64,000 bases of DNA from the NCBI GenBank assembly GCA_963737905.1, contig CAVTUQ010000034.1, forward strand, positions 32,001-96,000, in the 5' to 3' direction. A program made the position numbers and the translations under genes. Source of the stretch: an uncultured delta proteobacterium (lineage in GTDB: Bacteria > Desulfobacterota > Binatia > UBA9968). Under the pieces are notes generated by a model. That model was not told the DNA's origin and searched no databases. It was given only the letters and a program-made list of their open reading frames with translations. This document shows, in pieces, positions 56,198-64,000 of this stretch (positions are counted from its first letter, which is position 1; the number at the start of each line of letters is the position of its first letter).

Positions 56198-58426
56198 CTA
56201 CGTCTTAAGAGCGCGATAGATTTTTTCGGCGGTCACCGGTAGCTCAAAAAGACGCACTCCAACCGCGTCCGCGACCGCGTTGGCGATGGCAGCTGGCGGT
56301 CCATTGTTGGCAAATTCTCCGATGGGCTTCGCATCCAAAGGTCCGACGCCACCCGTGGATTTAACAAGAACGGTTTCGAGATCCGGAATGTCCTTTGCCG
56401 TCGGCATCTTGTAGTCGCCGAGATTGCTGTTAATCACCCGCCCGTTTTCCATGACCAATTCTTCCATGATTCCTTGGCCGACTCCCATGACCGTGGCACC
56501 GTCGATCTGGCCTTGATGGGTGAGGGGATTGATGACGGTGCCCACGTCATGGGCGCTGACGACGCGGTTTACGCGCACCGCGCCCGTTTCCGGGTCCACT
56601 TCGACTTCGGCCACCTGGGCGCAAACATAAGAGATGTCCTCAGGGTAGGGATAATCCTCATAAACTGAGACAGAAAGCGGCCCGGTTGCCTGGCCAACCA
56701 CACGTCGCAGAGCGACTTGTTGCCCGGGATCTTGGCGCAGCCAAAATTTTGAGTCCCCGAACTCGATCTCTTCGGCGTTGCACTCCAACATTCGTGCCGC
56801 CTGCTCCAAAAGCTGTTGCCGTAATTTCTCACTGGCTTGTACCACGGCATTGCCGGCAACGTAGGTCACACGGCTCGCGCGCACACCACCATCGCGCGGT
56901 GTGACGTCCGTATTGCCAATGACCACGCGTATCTGCTCGACGGGCACGCGCATTTCTTCGGCCACCAGTTGGCGGAGGATCGTGTGCGTGCCCGAGCCTT
57001 GATCGATGGTCGGGCTGAGGACCGTGAAACTGCCGTCAGGCTCTGCTGTAAGAACAAGACCCGTGTCCCCACCGCTGATGTGGCGCCCGGACAGCGCAAT
57101 GCCGCGGCCGAAGTGGGGGCCCGGCTTCGGCTTTTTCCAGTTTGCGCTGTCCAACGCGGCTTGAAGCACCTCGCGAAAGCGCACATGGTGCAGTCGATGA
57201 CCGACCGCGTCTTCCTCTCCTTCCGCGATAAAGTTCTTCAGGCGAAACTCGCCGGGGTCCATTTTTAATTCTTTGGCGATCATGTCCGTGTGGGAGTCGA
57301 CGGCGAAGGCGGTCGCCACGGCGCCGGGACTGCGATAATAGCCGCCCGGGACAGTATTGGTGTAAATCTGAAGAAACTCGAAGGCGGCGTGGTCGACGCG
57401 ATACTGTCCGCCCGCATAATGCCACGTTGCCAGAGAAGCATTGGATTTGAGCGCGCCATAGGCGCCACTGGCATGAACCGCGCGAAGCGAGCGTGCCACG
57501 ATGCGGCCATTCTTTTTCACGCCGCTCCGAATGGTGATTACTGTCGGATGCGCGGGATTACTCGCAGTCAATTCTTCGGCGTAGGTCATGACTATTTTGA
57601 CCGGGCATCCCGACTCCCGCGCGAGAAAGTAAGCTACGGGCAAGTCACTGGCGTCGCCCTTGCCGCCGAACTCGCCGCCGACATTGACGACATTGATGCG
57701 GATGCGTTCCTCCGGTAAACGCAACGCCTTGGCGAGCTGACCGCGAATCCCGAAGGGATTTTTTGCCGACACCGAGACCTGGATGCGGCCTTCGCCATCG
57801 ATGGCAACGACGGCAGCATGGGGCTCGAGGTATCCTTGGTGGCGAGCGGGAATGCGAAACGTGTGTTCCAGGACAACATCCGCCGCGCGAAAGCCCTGCT
57901 CCACGTCACCCTTACGCCAGGCCAGTCGTGTCAATCCGTTATGCACGTCCAGCGCGAGCAAGTCTTTGGGGCCGCCTTCATAAGCGGCCACGTCCGAATG
58001 CAAGTGCGGCGCGCTGGGTTTCATTGCTTCGAGAGGATCGAAGACTGCTGGCAACTGCTCATATTCCAGTTCGATGAGAGCCACGGCCTCTTCGGCGGCG
58101 TCGACCGTTTCTGCGGCCACCGCGGCGACGCGATCGCCGACGAAGCGTACGGTATCCCAGCAAAGAACCGGCATGTCGCGAATCTGTTTGCCGAAGTAAA
58201 GGCCGCGCGTGTCTTCACCGGTGACGATCGCCTTCACGCCGGGAACTTTGCGAGCTTTCGCGGCGTCTATGCGACGAATGCGGGCGTGGGGGTGAGGACT
58301 GCGTAGAATTTTTCCCCAAAGCGCCCCCGGTAAATTGACGTCAGCCGCATAAAGAGTGCGACCGACAACCTTATCCGCGCCTTCAGCCCGCGGAACAGAA
58401 CTACCGACTACCTTGAAGTCAGCCAT
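56198..58426 (-). CDS. Xanthine dehydrogenase family molybdopterin-binding subunit
   Basis: LRSPHPHARI, YLEPH, GGEFGGKG, DQGSG, VEVDPETG, HDVG.VINP...GQ..G, KPIGE; start at MADFKVVG. Confidence 0.9.
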   Translation of the reverse strand: MADFKVVGSSVPRAEGADKVVGRTLYAADVNLPGALWGKILRSPHPHARIRRIDAAKARKVPGVKAIVTGEDTRGLYFGKQIRDMPVLCWDTVRFVGDRVAAVAAETVDAAEEAVALIELEYEQLPAVFDPLEAMKPSAPHLHSDVAAYEGGPKDLLALDVHNGLTRLAWRKGDVEQGFRAADVVLEHTFRIPARHQGYLEPHAAVVAIDGEGRIQVSVSAKNPFGIRGQLAKALRLPEERIRINVVNVGGEFGGKGDASDLPVAYFLARESGCPVKIVMTYAEELTASNPAHPTVITIRSGVKKNGRIVARSLRAVHASGAYGALKSNASLATWHYAGGQYRVDHAAFEFLQIYTNTVPGGYYRSPGAVATAFAVDSHTDMIAKELKMDPGEFRLKNFIAEGEEDAVGHRLHHVRFREVLQAALDSANWKKPKPGPHFGRGIALSGRHISGGDTGLVLTAEPDGSFTVLSPTIDQGSGTHTILRQLVAEEMRVPVEQIRVVIGNTDVTPRDGGVRASRVTYVAGNAVVQASEKLRQQLLEQAARMLECNAEEIEFGDSKFWLRQDPGQQVALRRVVGQATGPLSVSVYEDYPYPEDISYVCAQVAEVEVDPETGAVRVNRVVSAHDVGTVINPLTHQGQIDGATVMGVGQGIMEELVMENGRVINSNLGDYKMPTAKDIPDLETVLVKSTGGVGPLDAKPIGEFANNGPPAAIANAVADAVGVRLFELPVTAEKIYRALKT

Positions 58427-58719
58427 TTTATTTCCCCTTGATGAGTTGCTCTTCTCGAAGTCCCCACATCGTTGATTCCGATTTCCAATCCTACCACGAT
58501 CCTGCTGAGGCTTCGCGCATGCAATAATCGACCAAGCGCCAAGTGAATCAAAAAAATGAACAGGCTTGCTGATCAAGCTTTCTTCATTGAACGACTTAGT
58601 ACGGTAGAGTATAAGGCGTCAAGCGGTCTTAAAGGGAAACACGGTTCTTTACTTGTTTCAGCAATTTGCGTTGAGTCATTGTTCGATTCGGGGCCCATCT
58701 ACTGCTACACTGGAGAGAC

Positions 58720-59163
58720 ATGGACTGGAATGAAAATCTTATCGACAGCCCTTCGGATATTCGTGACTTGATCCGGCACACCCAACGAATTGCCGTTCTG
58801 GGTATTAAGACGGAAGCGCAGGCAGATCAGCCGGCCTTCTACGTGTCGAAATATCTTGTAAGCGCAGGATTCGAGGTGATCCCGGTGCCTGTCTATTATC
58901 CGGAGGTCACGGAGATTCTCGGTAAGCGAGTCTATCGTCGCCTGATGGACATTCCCGGTGTCATCGATCTGGTGGATGTCTTTCGCCGCTCTCAGGATAT
59001 CAACGGTCACGTCGAAGACATCCTGGCCAAGAAGCCAACGGCGGTTTGGTTTCAGTCGGGCATACGCAACGACGCCGCAGCCGAGATGCTGGCCAAAGCG
59101 GGCATCAAGGTGGTGCAAGATCGCTGCTTGATGGTCGAGCACAGAATCGTAGCAAAGGGATAG
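58720..59163 (+). CDS. CoA-binding protein (YccU-like)
   Basis: RIAVLG, VIPVP, IDLVDVFRRS, VWFQSGI, VVQDRCL. Confidence 0.9.
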   Translation: MDWNENLIDSPSDIRDLIRHTQRIAVLGIKTEAQADQPAFYVSKYLVSAGFEVIPVPVYYPEVTEILGKRVYRRLMDIPGVIDLVDVFRRSQDINGHVEDILAKKPTAVWFQSGIRNDAAAEMLAKAGIKVVQDRCLMVEHRIVAKG

Positions 59164-59210
59164 CATCAGAGTGAAAGCAAGTTCTTTGATGAACCACCGG
59201 GGACGATGCA

Positions 59211-59726
59211 GTGTGGGAATACCGAGGCCAAGAGCGACCCTCTTTTGCTAAGGAGCCAAAGCCGGGGCAAGAGTCGGTCTGGGATTATCCTCGGCCGCCG
59301 GCAATGGGTGTTGACCAGCGGCGGGTCGAAGTTCGCCTCGGAGATTTGGTCATTGCCGATTCGCGCCAGAACTACCGGATCCTGGAGACCGCGAGCCCCC
59401 CGACATTTTACATTCCGCCTCATACTGTCCACACACAGCTCCTGGAGCCGTGCCCGGGAAGTTCCGTTTGTGAGTGGAAAGGCGTCGCCCAATACTGGGC
59501 GTTGAGAGACCAACCGCATGCGCCGCAAGCGATCGGCTGGAGCTATCCAAATCCCAATCGGCCGTTCGAAGCGATGGCCGGTTATTTCTCTTTCTATCCG
59601 GCCTTGGTGGAATGCTTTGTTGATGGCGAGCGAGTGCGGCCGCAACCGGGTGAATTCTATGGCGGCTGGGTGACCAGCGAGATCGTCGGGCCTTTCAAAG
59701 GTGAGCCAGGCACCGGGCAATGGTAG
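59211..59726 (+). CDS. DUF427 domain protein
   Basis: QESVWDYPRPP, LETASPPTFYIP, CEWKG.A.YW, FYGGWVT. Confidence 0.85.
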   Translation: MWEYRGQERPSFAKEPKPGQESVWDYPRPPAMGVDQRRVEVRLGDLVIADSRQNYRILETASPPTFYIPPHTVHTQLLEPCPGSSVCEWKGVAQYWALRDQPHAPQAIGWSYPNPNRPFEAMAGYFSFYPALVECFVDGERVRPQPGEFYGGWVTSEIVGPFKGEPGTGQW

Positions 59727-59844
59727 AAGCTAGCGGCGAGTTTGGCGAAACTTTTCCCAGGCGTCAATCCCGGCCTTGACGGCACGCACGATGCGCTACT
59801 ATCAGCCGATTAGGTCTTTAGGTTCGCCGTCGTACACGGCGCGC

Positions 59845-59882
59845 TGTCAACTAAGTCTACAACTTTGTTAGCGATGTCTACA
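59845..59882 (+). promoter_or_regulatory. Tandem candidate enhancer-binding-protein sites (TGT-N11-ACA twice)
   Basis: TGTCAACTAAGTCTACA and TGTTAGCGATGTCTACA, 21 bp apart, about 180-215 bp upstream of a sigma54 motif. Confidence 0.55.
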
Positions 59883-60059
59883 ATTAAAAAATCCCGCTAC
59901 TTAGCGGCCTTGTGGCCCAATATACTAACTAATCTGAGACAGTGTGAACAGCGCTGGACGGATTGGTCTTTTATGTCGCTTGACCGATCATGACATTCGG
60001 CGTTGAGAATTCTTCCGCCATTCAGCTACTTACGTTAGGTTGTTTGGGTCTTGCAAGAG

Positions 60060-60075
60060 TGGCACTGGGCTTGCT
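60060..60075 (+). promoter_or_regulatory. Sigma54 (-24/-12) promoter
   Basis: TGGCAC-TGGGC-TTGCT matches TGGCAC-N5-TTGCW. Confidence 0.7.
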
Positions 60076-60220
60076 CATCTCGTTGTCGTGTCTCAACCAG
60101 TTTGGAGAAAACGTTCCTTATCGACAACCGACGGAAAATAGCTGTGATAGGCGGTCATAATGATATTTGATGCCGCGGCGGTAATTTTATGCCCGGTGAC
60201 CGGACGGACAGAAGGCGATC

Positions 60221-60931
60221 ATGAAATCAGGACTGGCAGACCAAATTCTAGCCCTACAACAGGGTGATCATCTCTGTTTACTCTATGATAGAGATCCTGC
60301 CGAACAGATGCCCGCACTGATCCCTTTTATCCAAGACGGGCTCTCCAGAAATGAGCAGTTTATTTATATCGCCGATGATCAGACTGTCGATGAGCTGGCG
60401 GCCCGGCTGGAGCAGGGGGGCGTTAAGGTTGGGCAAGAATCGGACCGGGGTGCGCTCAAACTTTGGACACGACGAGAATGGCGTCAGCCGGGCGAATTTT
60501 CTTCGGCCAATAAATTTTTTCAGGTTTCGCAGTTTATCGAGGCGGCTTCCAAGTCCGGTTTCAAAGGCATCAGATTCGCGGTCGAAATGACGTGGACTCT
60601 AGGGCCTGACATCAGCGCCGAGCAGGTCGAACATTGGGAGGCCAGCATCAACACCATTTTTGTCCCGCAGTTTCCAGGACGAATCGTTTGTCAATACAAT
60701 CGCAGCCGTCTCGATCCAAAGGTAACGCTTGGGGCGTTATACACCCACCCGCTGGTCATTGTGGGCGATCATATTCATTTTAACTTGTTCTATGAAGCGC
60801 CTCTGATCCTCGACGCCGGCGTCAGGGGAAAATTAAGCGCGACGAAACTGGAGTGGATGGTCTCTCAATTGAAGCGGGCTCGCGCCGTCGAAGAAGAACG
60901 CGAGGCGCGGCTCAAGCAACGAGTTTCTTGA
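60221..60931 (+). CDS. Stand-alone MEDS sensory domain protein
   Basis: GDHLCLLY, FIQDGL..NE...YIAD, IRFAVEMTW, CQYNR.R......L.THP. Confidence 0.8.
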   Translation: MKSGLADQILALQQGDHLCLLYDRDPAEQMPALIPFIQDGLSRNEQFIYIADDQTVDELAARLEQGGVKVGQESDRGALKLWTRREWRQPGEFSSANKFFQVSQFIEAASKSGFKGIRFAVEMTWTLGPDISAEQVEHWEASINTIFVPQFPGRIVCQYNRSRLDPKVTLGALYTHPLVIVGDHIHFNLFYEAPLILDAGVRGKLSATKLEWMVSQLKRARAVEEEREARLKQRVS

Positions 60932-60973
60932 TGGTGAACCCAAGGAAGGTTGAAGAGATCTTGTCGCGAATGG

Positions 60974-62557
60974 CTATTTGCTCGGCTCGAAGAAGGCGTC
61001 CTCGCGATGAACGTAACCGCTAATCGGTTCCCTGTCCTTGTCTAAAGAGCGAACCCGGAAATAGTCGCCCGTTTTACTCTGCACCTTGATACGGGTACCA
61101 GGTTCTAGCATGCCCGTGATGTTGGCATCGGAGCGCGGTTTGTCTCGGACAAAGGAGGCATCGAAAACTCTGAAGGTCCCGGGTAACGATGCTCGCTCTT
61201 TCGGTTTGGCCTTGGTGTCGGGGGGTTGAGCTTGATTGTCGGTCTTCGCTGACGTCGCGATTGGTGTTTCGCTTTTTATATTTTGGCTGTCCGCTCTAGT
61301 TGAAGCAGTTTGGGTGTCCCCGGATTCTTTCTTTGCAGGAACGATCACGCCGTCTCCATTTGGGGTGTCTACTAGAACCTCGGAAACTCGAGACGCGGCA
61401 ACTTGAAAATGAGGCCTTTGTAGTTGAGCGACTTCGTCTTGTGCGACATTATCCAGGGTCTGGGTCTGGGCGGGATTTTTCCAGCGTACACCCACAAGAC
61501 CATCGATATTGACACCCAAAGCGGCAAGGGAACCGCTTTGTTGGGAATAGAGTATAGTGCTAGCCAGGACGATCACCGCCAGCACGATTGCCACTCCCAC
61601 CCCTGTCCAGCTCCGTTTTTCGTGGAGGCCGCTCGACGATGGTTCCAGGGCCGTTGGAAGTTCTTCAACGTCCGACCGCCGACGTTTATCGTCATCGTGT
61701 GCCCGGCGGGAACTTTGCTTTCGCGCCTCTGCCACTTTGACTTGAGACGGCTCTACGAGTTGGAGGTCGCGCGCCACCTCATCGATAATCTTTGCCGAAA
61801 CTTTGCTCTGGGAGGTCGCGTAGGCGATCAGCAGGGCATTATCGCAAATCACATTGATGAGCCGGGGGATTCCCTTCGAGTACAGAGCTATTTTCTGAAC
61901 CGACCCAAGATCGAACAGCTCCTTGCCCTCATAACCGACGGTATCAAGTCTAGAGTTAATGTAAGAAGCCACCTCGTCGCTTCTCAGGGGAGCCAGCCGG
62001 CAGCGAACGGCCACCCGCTGCTTGAGTTGCCGAAGTTCCGGCTGATCGAGCTTTCGTTCCAGCTCGGGTTGACCCATCAAGACAATTTGGATCAGCTTGG
62101 CCCTGTCGGTTTCCAGATTGGAGAGCAGTCTCAGCTCTTCAAGCATCGCATCACTTAAATCCTGGGCCTCATCGACCAGCACGGAGACGACGTGGTCTTT
62201 ATGGAGTTGCTCGATCAAATAGTCATTGAGCTGCGCCATCAGTGTCAGTTTGTCACGTGCGGAGTTTACTACCCCCAGATCGTTCAAGACCAGTCGGAGC
62301 AACTCGGTGACATCGAGATGAGTGTTAAAAATAAAGGCCGTATGGACGGTGGCCTCCACAGTGCGCATGAGCCTTCTGAGCAGTGTCGTCTTGCCGGTTC
62401 CCGCCTCGCCGGTAATGACGATAAAGCCTTTGCGAGCCTCGATGCCGTAGCGCAAAGTGGCGAATGCTTCCCGATAAAGAGAGTTGGAATACGAGAAGCG
62501 AGGATCGGGAGTGACGCTAAAGGGTAGCTCTACCAATCCAAAATATTTGCCGTACAT
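60974..62557 (-). CDS. ExeA/GspA-like AAA ATPase with a TM helix and C-terminal SH3-like domain
   Basis: MY..YFGL...PFSVTPDPRF, GEAGTGKT, VDEAQ, LMGQPEL, GIPRLINVICDNALL, VRDKP...GYVH. Confidence 0.9.
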   Translation of the reverse strand: MYGKYFGLVELPFSVTPDPRFSYSNSLYREAFATLRYGIEARKGFIVITGEAGTGKTTLLRRLMRTVEATVHTAFIFNTHLDVTELLRLVLNDLGVVNSARDKLTLMAQLNDYLIEQLHKDHVVSVLVDEAQDLSDAMLEELRLLSNLETDRAKLIQIVLMGQPELERKLDQPELRQLKQRVAVRCRLAPLRSDEVASYINSRLDTVGYEGKELFDLGSVQKIALYSKGIPRLINVICDNALLIAYATSQSKVSAKIIDEVARDLQLVEPSQVKVAEARKQSSRRAHDDDKRRRSDVEELPTALEPSSSGLHEKRSWTGVGVAIVLAVIVLASTILYSQQSGSLAALGVNIDGLVGVRWKNPAQTQTLDNVAQDEVAQLQRPHFQVAASRVSEVLVDTPNGDGVIVPAKKESGDTQTASTRADSQNIKSETPIATSAKTDNQAQPPDTKAKPKERASLPGTFRVFDASFVRDKPRSDANITGMLEPGTRIKVQSKTGDYFRVRSLDKDREPISGYVHREDAFFEPSK

Positions 62558-62834
62558 ACTAGCTCATCTATCGTGGCATGAGGCCCACTGAATCACTCTA
62601 GTTGTTTGGTTTAAACAGAAAACCGTTTTAGTCAATATCACAAGAGCGACCTTAACGGAAGAGCTTTTTCAAAAGAAATTTATCGTTGTCGTGGGCTGTT
62701 TGTAATTGCGCTTCCCCCTTCTTCTAACCCGGCGTTCACCGCAATCCGATTAAGCTAAAAACCCGGTAGTCTCTCAGCTGAATGGTGTCCTTTTAGGTCG
62801 TGAACCCTGATCTAAAGGCAAGATCCGGCCCAAA

Positions 62835-64000
62835 TTATAATTCTTTCAACGTATTCTTAGCCGTGGTCCCCATGTGATCGGAAGAGTTGATGCTGCTTTT
62901 CGCTTTCATGTTGTTTGCTTCCGTTGGCGGCGCAGGCGGGTTTTCCACATTCTCGGTCTTTACACCGACGAGTCTATTCTGGTTCAGATTTAACGCCGAC
63001 AACTCTGGCACCTGGACAGCGGGCACTTGCTCCTGAGACTCTTCAGTCGCAAATCTTCTTTCGTCGGTAACACTCTCCCCGAACAGAGTCCCGGCTGGTT
63101 TGACCTGGATATGTGGGGGATTTTTCCAGCTGACGTCGACCAGGTCATCGACATTGACACCCAAAGCGGCAAGCGAACCCCTTTGTTGCGAGTAGAAGAT
63201 GGCGCCGGCCAGAACAATCACGGCCAGCCCGATAGCGATTGTCACTCCCGCCCAACTGCGCTTGTCCTGGGGGCCGCTCGACGGTGGTTTTAACCCAGCC
63301 GGAAATTTCGCAACCTCCGACTGCCAGCGTTCATTTTCATAGCCCGCCTGCCGGGAAGCAAACGTTCGGTCCTCCGTTGCTTTGACGGGAGACGGCTCTA
63401 CGAGTTGGAGGTCGCGCGCCACCTCATCGATGATCTTTGCCGAGACTTTACTCTGGGAGATCGCATAGGCGATCAGCAGAGCGTTATCACAAATCACATT
63501 GATGAGCCGGGGGATTCCCTTCGAGTACAGAGCTATTTTCTGAACCGACCCAAGATCGAACAGCTCTTTGCCCTCATAACCAACGGTCTGAAGCCTCGAA
63601 TTAATGTAAGGAGCCACCTCATCGCTTCTCAGGGGAGCCAGGCGGCAGCGAACAGCCACCCGCTGCTTGAGTTGCCGAAGTTCCGGCTGATCGAGCTTTC
63701 GCTCCAGCTCGGGTTGGCCCATCAAGACAATTTGGATCAGCTTGGCCCTGTCGGTTTCCAGATTGGAGAGTAACCTCAGCTCTTCGAGCATCTCATCACT
63801 TAAACCTTGAGCCTCATCGACCAGCAGGGAGACGATGTGGTCTTCATGGAGTTGCTCGATCAAATAATCATTGAGCTGTGCTATCAAGGTCAGCCGGTCG
63901 TTTGTAGCAGAATGGGCTACTCCGAGATCGCTCAAGACCAACCGGAGCAACTCGGTGAAAGCGAGATGTGTGTTAAAAATAAAGGCCGTATGGACGGTGG
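62835..64000 (-). CDS. ExeA/GspA-like AAA ATPase, paralog (5' end outside the window)
   Basis: ATPase region nearly identical to 60974-62557, with a different and shorter C-terminus. Confidence 0.85.
   Translation of the reverse strand, partial: TVHTAFIFNTHLAFTELLRLVLSDLGVAHSATNDRLTLIAQLNDYLIEQLHEDHIVSLLVDEAQGLSDEMLEELRLLSNLETDRAKLIQIVLMGQPELERKLDQPELRQLKQRVAVRCRLAPLRSDEVAPYINSRLQTVGYEGKELFDLGSVQKIALYSKGIPRLINVICDNALLIAYAISQSKVSAKIIDEVARDLQLVEPSPVKATEDRTFASRQAGYENERWQSEVAKFPAGLKPPSSGPQDKRSWAGVTIAIGLAVIVLAGAIFYSQQRGSLAALGVNVDDLVDVSWKNPPHIQVKPAGTLFGESVTDERRFATEESQEQVPAVQVPELSALNLNQNRLVGVKTENVENPPAPPTEANNMKAKSSINSSDHMGTTAKNTLKEL

Noticed and set aside
1-64000. Integron integrase or any transposase/recombinase gene
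   Set aside because: No ORF with tyrosine-recombinase R-H-R-Y, DDE, DEDD or HUH motifs was recognised; the short ORFs divergent from the leaders have no such features.
60974-64000. Diversity-generating retroelement template/variable repeat pair
   Set aside because: Both copies are coding, differences are not adenine-specific, and no reverse transcriptase is present.

Overview
GC-rich bacterial chromosomal DNA. The gene content (many SsuA/NMT1-type binding proteins, amidohydrolases, LLM, class II aldolases, Mo/W oxidoreductases, TTT transporter) resembles Binatota/deltaproteobacterial soil MAGs; that assignment is inference only. Most of the window is catabolic and transport genes. About ten otherwise intact genes carry single-base frameshifts, several at homopolymer runs, so sequencing error is likely. 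Four non-routine signals stand out. (1) Three separate integron-like cassette arrays (about 13.6-16.9 kb, 24.0-25.8 kb and 36.9-43.4 kb) have clear attC sites but no integrase in the window. Two begin with the same 177-bp promoter/hairpin leader (about 93% identical), whose similarity stops at a GTTAG recombination core, suggesting a dispersed integrase-less attI/Pc platform. (2) A stand-alone grdE/grdB-like pair in which GrdB has an in-frame UGA plus a SECIS-like hairpin, but the canonical UxxCxxC motif is UxxSxxS and GrdE lacks the pyruvoyl-forming Cys. (3) Many intergenic palindromic elements nested inside one another, including an empty/filled pair. (4) A roughly 240-bp element in two diverged copies whose long stems covary. 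Also present: four near-tandem 4,5-dihydroxyphthalate-decarboxylase-like paralogs, a sigma54 promoter with paired activator sites, and tandem ExeA-like ATPases. No rRNA, tRNA or CRISPR array was seen.
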